Shown here: positions 54,323 to 64,000 of the stretch, in pieces
Position numbering within the stretch: position 1 is the first letter of the stretch
How the letters are laid out: each line of letters opens with the position of its first letter
Source: Adineta vaga
Taxonomy: Eukaryota > Animalia > Rotifera
Length of the DNA: 64,000 nt
NCBI GenBank assembly: GCA_021613535.1
Contig: CP075493.1
Location: 434,001 to 498,000, forward strand
Direction of reading: 5' to 3'
Notes under the pieces: model-generated
Seen by the model: only the letters and a program-made list of their open reading frames with translations
Told to the model about the DNA's origin: nothing
Databases searched by the model: none
Position numbers and translations under genes: made by a program

Positions 54323-56444
54323 AATGGTGTTAATGAAAAAAGACATGAATAACAGTATTATTATCGAATCGAACATTCATCGTCAGACATATCGTACTGC
54401 GTAAATACCATCTTTAGAGAAACATTACTTAATAAAGTCGTGCTTTTTTTCAATTTCATTAGTTAAATAAAACTTCCTCTGGTTTATACAATTCATTCGG
54501 GAAGTATATAATTTTCACATTTATATACTTGAGTATTCTTTTTTTACACGTGATTCACCCAGACTTTTCACACAATGCAGTAATCTTTAATAGAATTAAA
54601 ACGACTTTTGCTCTGATATTTGTATATGTCCTTTGATGAGCAGAAACTCATAAACCCATTAATTAATTTAATTCTTGTTTTAACTCACATTGACGAGATC
54701 AGTTGAAAACACTTTTCATCTATTATGTTTATGCAAAGAAGCTCAAAAAATTATTTCTTGGTTGCGATAGTACACTTACAATGCCATAAAGTTATACAAA
54801 CAATCGGTGAATAAAACGGCGACTTTTACTTTGAGATCGTCACATCTGATGTGTGTAGTACAACGCAACATCTTAATTTTGCTTCCTAGTTACGATATAC
54901 AGTTCTACTGTGTACATCTCCATAGGTAGCATCTAATTCGTCATTGATGCTATATGTGTACTGCATCTGCAGAAACATGTATTTTTAATTCTTTATTTGC
55001 CACTTCATATTAGCTGCTCCATCGAGGATCGAGGATTTCAATCGTTCTTGCATATATTATAGAAGCAAACACTTATCGGACTTATATCTGAGGTGCTTGG
55101 AAAATATTGTTTCATTTTTTAGATATCTACATTTATTTAAGGACAACGTCATCAGAAAACGGTATTTTATAACACATATTTCATCACGGCCGCATTTCTT
55201 TAACCCCGAAGTTTTATGGTGAGTACATATCAGATTTTATTAATATCTATAAATAAAAATGAGTTGATCAATAATTCTATGGGCACAATGTCGTTGTCAC
55301 TTATCGTTAGAGACAAAATAGTTGTAAAAAGTTACTTTCATTCAGTCATAATCGAAGAATAGTGTAATCACTTTTGTAACTGGTAGCATCGTGACACACT
55401 GATGTTGGAGTTCCTGGCTTCGAAGCTCGACCGCAATAGTAGACAAAAAATTTAGTTTTTACTGCATGTTGGTTACATATGCCCACACAAACGCGCATGT
55501 ACATAGGTAATAGTTTCGCACTTGACTAAACGCGTAAGCGCACACAGTAGACAGAATAAATCTATCTGATTTGTATATCATTGTCGCTTTCTCATCGAAC
55601 CTGCTAGACATCAATTTGAGACGATCTTCGTCACTGTTTGTCTTGCACTAACGCTGAGACACAATGCTGTTAATATTCTTTGGCTTCCTTATTCTTGTCT
55701 TTTTAACTTATCAAAGTTATAAACACTTTTTTCCATCTCCGAATGTTGATCCACGCGGCAAATATGTGCTTATTCCGATTGCCTATACCATCAGTAAAGT
55801 GAACTTTTCTCCACGAAGAAAATAGATGAAAACAAAAGCGATGCGTACCTTTATAGAGGCTAGTATGAGGATTAAAACAAAAAAAAAATTTCGCTCCAGC
55901 ACCTCCCTACGAAAACTAGATAGGTTTACAAGATCCACCTATAAGTAGTGTAGTGGAACACATGAGAAATGCCACCATTTGAAAAATTTTTGGGGTAATA
56001 ATGATTTCAGAGATTTTTTAGAATCAGTTTTTAATGCTGAATCTAAAAAAAATATTTTCAAGAATTTTCAAGAACCGAAAAATAGTGATTTTTGCATATT
56101 TCGTCCAAAAACGTGATTTTGGGGAGAACTCAGGTTTTTCAAGGATTTTGCGATTTTTGACTACAAAATAGCTTCTAAAAAGGATAAAAAGTAGTGCATC
56201 GTGATCAGCAGCTCACGCTCTATCAAACCATGTGGAAAAAAAGCAAAAATAAATTTCACTCGATTTTTGCATTGCGTGCACCTTAATAAACAGATAGCCT
56301 TCAAAACATCGATTGAAATATTTTTTGTTCATATTTGCCTGTACATTGAATAAATTAAATCTTTTCTATTATATTTTAAAATCAATAATTGATTTTTAGT
56401 TAATATTTTTGTAAACATTAATAATAATCAAAAATTCAAAGCTA

Positions 56445-57288
56445 TTTTATGAGAAACTTATGTATAATGATTGATCAAATGATGTGATTTTGTAGAGAAA
56501 AAGAAGGGCTATCTTTCGATAATAAGATGTTTCGAAATACGTAAGTCTAAGATAATAATATGACCATTTTATTCATATTAAGTAAGTTTTTTTCATTTTG
56601 CGTTTTTTTAAAGAACCTTGCTGGACGAGATGACATACCCAAATTTCTGCACTTAACAATGCTATTTTGTAGAGTTTTTCAAGATGATTCAAATGGTATA
56701 TATTAAGTCTCTTTTCTGAACTGTTTAAAGGAGATGTGGTTGATTTACTCATGAAGGATTGAGATTCAGAATGATAACAAATAGTTGATCGATATGATTT
56801 GTATAAAACAGCCATAGAAAGTGATAAATAACATTTCTTATATATGAGTATGTACGGCTTTTCTTAGCCTACAAATTCATCTAGTCAATATTTCTATTCA
56901 CATAATAATAATAAAAAGTAGAAGACCATTTCTTATAATTTGACATTAATGTATTTGTCATTATTTCGAATCAGTCCTTCATGAGTAAATCAACCACATC
57001 TCCTTTAAACAGTACAGAAAAGAGACTTAATATATACCATTTGAATCATCTTGAAAAACTCTACAAAATAGCATTGTTAAGTGCAGAAATTTGGGTATGT
57101 CATCTCGTCCAGCAAGGTTCTTTAAAAAAACGCAAAATGAAAAAAACTTACTTAATATGAATAAAATGGTCATATTATTATCTTAGACTTACGTATTTCG
57201 AAACATCTTATTATAGAAAGATAGGCCGTCTTTTTCTCTACAAAATCACATCATTTGATCAATCATTATACATAAGTTTCTCATAAAA
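56445..57288. mobile_element. Foldback element with ~315 bp near-identical arms
   Basis: ttttatgagaaacttatgtataatg...gatttactcatgaagga mirrors tccttcatgagtaaatc...cattatacataagtttctcataaaa. Confidence 0.8.
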
Positions 57289-58196
57289 TCGATACATCTT
57301 TGACAAGGGGTCGAAACTTATGCAACACCCATTAATCAATGTTTACAAATCTGTCGCTATAAATATACATAATAAAAAAAATCATTAAGTCTTGTTTGTG
57401 AAATTGTTGCACGTAGATACGATTTCAACAGTTTTAAAACAGAAAATCTTCGTTCAGTATGTGCCTGATTGATATTGGTGAAGTTGTTAAAACTTTTAGA
57501 AAACTTCTATGTTTGGATAAAAGCAGATAGCGCCGAGGTCGAACAAATTAGAGAGGACATCGATGTATTTTTCGAACTTTCTAGAAAGCTTTAAAAATAT
57601 TCCATGAATTTTTATGAATTGGTGAGAGAAAAAAAAACCTTTGCAAGCTGGAGAGAGCGGGAGCGTCGTATCCCAACGTCTCTCAATCTGGATACCCCTA
57701 GATAAGACTGACCTATTTCGAAATATTTTCTGATTAAATAAAGGATTTTCAGTATTTACCGAAGTGTCTATTCTCGAAGGAGTGGCGGTCGCCGGTTCGC
57801 CAAGCAGCTAGATCCGCCACTGTCCGGATGCAAGAGACTTGATGGTTTTACAGCTTGAAGAGTTCGACTGACTTCAGTTTATGTCCCTGCGAACCTTGAA
57901 GACTTCGGTACTCAGACTAATTCCAGACATCTGTCTTTGAAAGACACGATGCTTTTGAAACTTTGTTAAACTTCTTGTAATATCAGAATCACGCACTGTA
58001 AAGTAGCTTGCTTTTTTGTGTTCTATTGAAGGTTAAGACGAAAAATTCTTTCTGGTTTTCAAAGATTCGGAAATTCGATTTCAGAAACTCGTGAAGGATG
58101 TCATATGGTGACAAAACTGGAAATTGTGTAGAAATCTAACGAGATAAAATTTCTCTGAAAGTGCATTATAATGGTATATTGCCGATGTAATATGAT

Positions 58197-58308
58197 CAAG
58201 GGGGAAAACGAGACTTCACCATTTAAATACTTCATCGGACTTCACCGATACTTCACCATACTTCAAACACTGCATGAAGTAAATGAAGTCTCGCTTTTCC
58301 CCCCTTGA
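58197..58308. mobile_element. Short MITE with acttca internal repeats
   Basis: tcaagggggaaaacgagacttca ... tgaagtctcgcttttccccccttga. Confidence 0.6.
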
Positions 58309-59124
58309 ATATGGTGCAGTTGCGACACGTATTAAAACTTCCATACCTCCATATTAGATGCCCAAGGAGCTTCTAATTTGGCAAGTGTAAAAATTTCCCG
58401 GAGGGAACTTCCAATATGTTCTATGATCTTTTTTAAACTTCAAGTACCAAAAGTTTTCGAGGAATTATCGACGATTTTGTTAGATTTTTCTACTTTTTTA
58501 CTACAAAATCTTGTTATTTCTCAAAATTCGCTGTAAAAAGTGATAAAAATCCGCAAAAATCCCTCAAAAAGTTTTTTAAATATAGGGGTCTTCTGATATG
58601 GCTGACAAATCGAAACCTCAACAGATGCTTCAAATAGGGGAGGGCTTCTAATATGGGGAGTGGTTTAGTCAATATGGCAAGTATGCATAAAATCATTGAA
58701 GTATGACTGCACAACTAGCGAGTGACAGTGCGTGCTTGTATCTATGTTATCACAAGGCGCATCGAATGTGATGGAAAGCTAGCTATCGCAGGAAGGTGAT
58801 CCAGAATAGTATACTTTCATATTTTATTTCGTGATGATTATCATGTAGTTCAGACGAAATGCGCGATTTTTTTATCGCTTAATTTTGACATTTATAGTCT
58901 CGATAACACTTACTTTTCTTAGGAAAAGATGTAGTGTGAAATTCTCTAGAAAATACTTAAGTAATAGAGAAGATAAATGTCTGGCCTTTTAGAATCATAA
59001 CTATGGGACGATGAAAGCAAGACTAGTAAAATATTGCCTGTTTAAAGTAATGAATGATCATTCGAGGAACTAATGTTTTTAGGCTTTCACTGATAGTTTT
59101 ATAGATTTTAATCATTCAGTCTTA

Positions 59125-59692
59125 CGAGAAAAGCTTCCTAGCTGTTCAATCGCTTTTGAGTTAATATTTTGGCCATAGGTGGGATCTGATTTCGAGTCTT
59201 AGCGATCGTTGATTTAACTGATAGATCATTTTTAATATAAAATGTCCAGATAACAGATTTGATCTGAGACTTCGTCCATAGATAGGTCTATTCATCATGA
59301 GAATATTCTAAAAGTTTTAGCCAAAAAAAATGTTCCTTTCTTGAGATATTGAGTTTTCCAGTAAACTGGAATTTTGCGTCTAGTCGGCGATAAGCAATTA
59401 TTTTTTAATAATCCAGTATCTCAAGAAAGGAACATTTTTTTGGCTAAAACTTTTAGAATATTCTCATGATGAATAGACCTATCTATGGACGAAGTCTCAG
59501 ATCAAAACTGCGTTATCTGACATTTTCCCCAATATTGAAAAAATGATCAAAAATCTAGTAAAACCGTCGTAAATCAGCCCCAAAGACCTAGCGATCCAAA
59601 TCCTCTTAGGTGATTATCCTAGCCTCGTCATCCCCCACGTATGGCCAAAATATCAGCTCGAAAACGATTGGACAATTGAGAACCTTCCCTCG
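59125..59692. mobile_element. Foldback MITE (CGAGGG family, TTA duplication)
   Basis: tta|cgagaaaag...ttttggccata ... tatggccaaaa...ttccctcg|tta; near-perfect inner arms 59258-59350 / 59418-59505. Confidence 0.75.
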
Positions 59693-60368
59693 TTAATCAT
59701 TTTTCGAAAAGTTTCGGTGAAAAGTTCTGGACGAAACAATATGTTTCTCTCAATGTTTATGGTTTTTTGCGTTATAGTTATATCGTATTACTGAACATCA
59801 CTACCATCTAGAATGTCGAAAAGATTCATCTTCGCTCCTTGTTGTCTGCAAATATTATCACCATTACATTACTGTGGATTTTTCAGAGTATGATATACCA
59901 TATCGCACAAAGTAATTTGATTAAGACAGTAATGATCATCACATTACAATCATAACGAGTACTAGAAAGCGTACCTAGAGAAAGTTATACTGATGTATTC
60001 ATAATAACGTTTGAGAGAAAGGATGAAAAGATATGGAGATTTAGGAGATTTTAGATGACAGTACTACTCCATTATAGGATATAACTAAAATGCACGAAAC
60101 CATAATCATTGGGAGAACCATGGTTTTTTGCAGAATTCTTTGCGAATGTTTTGGAAGAAAGACCAAGGATAACTGACTAAAAAACCACAAAGATCTCAAA
60201 ATAATACTAGAATAATTATTTTTTCGGCACATCATTTATGGCTTAGAAAGGACCATACTTTGCTAATCTTTCTTTCCTTTTATCTTACATTTTTCTTTTA
60301 TATCATTTTGTAGTTTCACCACAAATCTTTTCCTTAGAGGTTCAAAATATGTTACCGAGAGTATATAT

Positions 60369-60536
60369 TAGTGGCGTCGCCAGAAAAAATTGTTAGGGGG
60401 GGCTCAGCCTATTTTTTGCCCCCTCTAGGGGGAGCAAACATATAAATTTGCAGTAGTTTCGAAACTTGGTAGGGGGGGCTCGAACGTTCGTAGGGGGGGC
60501 TGAGCCCCCCCTAGCCCCCCTCTGGATACGCCACTA
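60369..60536. mobile_element. Small hAT-type MITE with G/C runs
   Basis: gtatatat|tagtggcgtcgccag ... ctggatacgccacta|gtacatat (7/8 TSD). Confidence 0.75.
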
Positions 60537-60897
60537 GTACATATGTCAAGATTGCACAACAAAAATTTATCAATTTGTTTTGCACCACTCGATATAACTC
60601 TTTCATATTTATAGATTCATTTAAATTTTTTACAAAAGCTCTATATTACTCTATTAAAGGACTTAGATTGAAGTAGTTTCTGAGCTTGAACAATACAGAC
60701 AGTAAAAAAGTCTTCTGCATCCGAAAGTCATGGGGATGATCTTTCTCACCTACAGTCAGTGTTTATCTGAGATTGAAACATAGTTGGAGATGGACTAAAG
60801 TGTTAAATGTTCTAGAGTCGATATGATGTGTTGAACAAATTTTAGATAGTAATTTGGTAATATTATGAATACATTTATCTTACTTTTTTAGTTAATT

Positions 60898-61317
60898 ATG
60901 TCAGCTATTAATGATACAGAAGCAATAGCCGGATATGGTGTGAAAGGCGATCGTATCAACGCTTCATTTGAATCTGTTTGGGAAGCAATGCTTGATAGTA
61001 TTCATCATCCAGAAAAATACATTCCCGTCAAAAATGTGAAGATTATAGATAATGGTGACCATATTTATCGAGAAATGTTACATGAAGATGGATTTCTCCA
61101 TAAAGAAAAAATTTTTTGCGACAAGGAGAAAGGTGAGTTTACGTTCATTGATCCTGGCGATTTTGTGCATAAAAATAAATATTACAAAGATGAACAAGTG
61201 TTAGAATATTGGCTGGAAAACTATCAAGGTGAAAGAATACCGTGGAAAGAACCCAGAGTATTGATATTGTCAGCAATTAAAAAAACACAAGAATTAGCTG
61301 AAGAACAAGAGAAATAA
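60898..61317 (+). CDS. AtaL/DUF1857-like SRPBCC protein, paralog 4
   Basis: 139-aa ORF; GYGVKGDRINASFESVWEAMLDSIHHPEKYIP...EKIFCDKEKGE...QVLEYWLE...KTQELAE. Confidence 0.8.
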   Translation: MSAINDTEAIAGYGVKGDRINASFESVWEAMLDSIHHPEKYIPVKNVKIIDNGDHIYREMLHEDGFLHKEKIFCDKEKGEFTFIDPGDFVHKNKYYKDEQVLEYWLENYQGERIPWKEPRVLILSAIKKTQELAEEQEK

Positions 61318-61829
61318 TAATGATTACATATGGTTTTATGATGTAATCTTCATAATAAAACAAACTTGAACGCTTTGCAAATTTCAGACAAAACAGTCTC
61401 AAATAGCCTAATTAGCTTAAATGCGGACCACTTTCATTTTATTTGCATAAATAAATATAACTCAATATTATAAATCATATCGTTTAACAGTATTAAAACG
61501 CTATATTTCCTCGATCAGATTAAGTTACGAGCAGGTTGTAACATAATTTCAAAAGAGTGGATTACTTCGTTGTCTTAGCGAACATTAGTTTATTTGTTAA
61601 TTACTGACAACCTCGAGTAACGCTACCACCACCATCGGTATAGATATTAATCATGAACCCCCACCCTTCCGCACTAGAACACCCTCCCGGATTAAAAGGA
61701 CCCTCTAATTAGAAGTCCCCCAAAAGTTCCTGAACGACCGGCGTAGCAGAACGACCGGGCTCTATATTGTGTCTCTTTGATAAACACGAAAAGTTATTGC
61801 CTTCTTTTCTTAAAAATAGATACATATCT

Positions 61830-63482
61830 GGGTTATTCCATGGGACTTGTGACACTTTTACACCGACCCTCCCCAAATCGTTTGAAACTTTCAGGGCTTG
61901 TGTAATAGACAGTTCTAAGACTTTTTTGCTCTTGAACGAAAGTTCTAGGACGTTTTGTTCAAGAGCTGTTGCCCAAATACCAAGTACCCGATGGAACGCT
62001 TTTTCAAAGTACCTTATTCTTTGTAACACACAGTTTTGCACTACTTCGTGCTAGAGAAATTCTGATCAAATGCTTGGATTCCTCGTCATCACGGCTATCA
62101 GAATCACTATTTAAAAAAGTTTTTGGGTTTTTCTCAAAACCACGAGCTTCTAGAAATCCTGTTCAACACCCTAATATTGCCGACTCAAAAACTCCATAAA
62201 TAGAGAACTCTGAACTTCGGATAGTATCTCATTTGATAGAGCAACAAAAGATCTATGGAACCATATGTGCGCCGTCGGGGTGGGGAATGAGTGAGATTTG
62301 AACGAGAGTGGGTCTTCGGAAAACCAACACAGGTTTTTGAAAAAACCATGGCTTTTTTTGTCAACTTTAAGGAAATATATCCGAAAAAACTTTGTTTTAT
62401 GGATCGTGGTGTAGCTTTATGTAACAGATTGCTTAGATCGATCGACATTCTGCAGAACTCTCTGGAGAAGTATCTTGAATCTAGCTTTACTGAAGCCATG
62501 TGAGAATTTGAAAACAATAAGGAAGGGTGGCAGAAGATTACCTGCTTATAACCCAGCACATGTATCTTTTTCGTCTAACTGGGCTTCCTTTGTTCTATAT
62601 TATTTTATCTGCTACTTTCTTTTTGTTCTGTGCTGTGTGTTGTTTGGATTGCTTCTTGATGTATGTCTTTCATTAGCCAATAGCTCCGACACAAAAACAT
62701 TCACACTTGAACACATTCTTCCCCGCTTTTATTCTTCTTTTTATGCTTGCAAAACACGGCGTTTCTGATAATTAAAATATTAACATTACTATACGGATCT
62801 ATTAAGACATATGTATCAATGGAAAATAGTACAGATCCAAAATAGTTCACCAGAGTTTTGTAGAATGTCGATCGATCTAAGCAATCTGTTACATAAAGCT
62901 ACACCACGATCCATAAAACAAAGTTTTTTCGGATATATTTCCTTAAAGTTGACAAAAAAAGCCATGGTTTTTTCAAAAACCTGTGTTGGTTTTCCGAAGA
63001 CCCACTCTCGTTCAAATCTCACTCATTCCCCACCCCGACGGCGCACATATGGTTCCATAGATCTTTTGTTGCTCTATCAAATGAGATACTATCCGAAGTT
63101 CAGAGTTCTCTATTTATGGAGTTTTTGAGTCGGCAATATTAGGGTGTTGAACAGGATTTCTAGAGGCTCGTGGTTTTGAGAAAAACCCAAAAACTTTTTT
63201 AAATAGTGATTCTGATAGCCGTGATGACGAGGAATCCAAGCATTTGATCAGAATTTCTCTAGCACGAAGTAGTGCAAAACTGTGTGTTACAAAGAATAAG
63301 GTACTTTGAAAAAGCGTTCCATCGGGTACTTGGTATTTGGGCAACAGCTCTTGAACAAAACGTCCTAGAACTTTCGTTCAAGAGCAAAAAAGTCTTAGAA
63401 CTGTCTATTACACAAGCCCTGAAAGTTTCAAACGATTTGGGGAGGGTCGGTGTAAAAGTGTCACAAGTCCCATGAAAACACC
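61830..63482. mobile_element. Large foldback element, ~620 bp near-identical arms, ~390 bp spacer
   Basis: catgggacttgtgacac...gatcgacattct (61838-62451) mirrors 62862-63474; the terminus gggttattccatg resembles gggtgattccatg of the 20310 element. Confidence 0.85.
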
Positions 63483-64000
63483 GAGATATAATCTGGTGCC
63501 ATCTTTATTCCATTCTAATAAACTACACAGAAAGGCTCGAAGCATGCTTATATAAATGATCGTTAACATCGATCAGTCTATTGACTATTGAAAAAGAATA
63601 GTTGTCCATGACCGTGAATATCTTCATCAAATTTTTATTTATAGATTTGAGTAGTTATGATTAACAACAATGATGACAATTCGTATCTCTTAATACCAGC
63701 TGCTACTACTATTGATCATAATGAAAGTTCATCTTCATCAGATGATAGTAATCTTGAAGTCACTTCTGTGACTGACGAATAAGAAAACGAATTGGTCCAA
63801 CTCGATCATTTATGTTTAAATTCAGATGATACAACTGATGATGACATCCCAGTTTTACAACATTCGACAATATCAAATGATCTTAATGTTCCGTTATTAA
63901 CCCTTTCACAGCGATATGGCCCATCGGTGGGGCCACGCTATACTTTAAGAAGAAGCTGTATAGAAAAGCACTTTCTTCTGCTTTTTTTCCTTTGGTGGGA

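Noticed and set aside
55370-55440. Second tRNA-like stretch (tggtagcatc...ttcgaagctc)
   Set aside because: Too degenerate to fold into a cloverleaf; at most an old SINE remnant.
63580-64000. Acidic low-complexity reading frame at the window end
   Set aside because: Interrupted by stops and lacking a motif; cannot be assigned.

Overview
AT-rich eukaryotic DNA with spliceosomal introns (many about 50 bp) and a very dense load of DNA transposons and palindromic MITEs. The style (short introns, mariner, MULE and hAT families, bacterial-looking genes carrying introns) suggests a bdelloid rotifer; this is inference only. The intact non-transposon genes I could identify all look like microbial small-molecule enzymes: a 3-exon aromatic amino-acid ammonia-lyase resembling cyanobacterial PAL (40867..32989, -), an intronless FAD-dependent aromatic monooxygenase (48579..47323, -), a divergent 3-exon IPNS-like 2OG-Fe(II) dioxygenase with a GC-AG intron (49608..54322, +), and four paralogous ~140-aa AtaL/DUF1857-like (SRPBCC) proteins. 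Together they form a candidate horizontally acquired secondary-metabolite gene cluster in an animal. The remainder comprises an apparently intact FLYWCH-MULE transposon inside a lyase intron, mariner relics, nested hAT and MULE non-autonomous elements, a family of foldback elements with CGAGGG ends and TWA target duplications, and pseudogenes (OTU protease, nucleotidyltransferase-like, GIY-YIG, kinase fragment).
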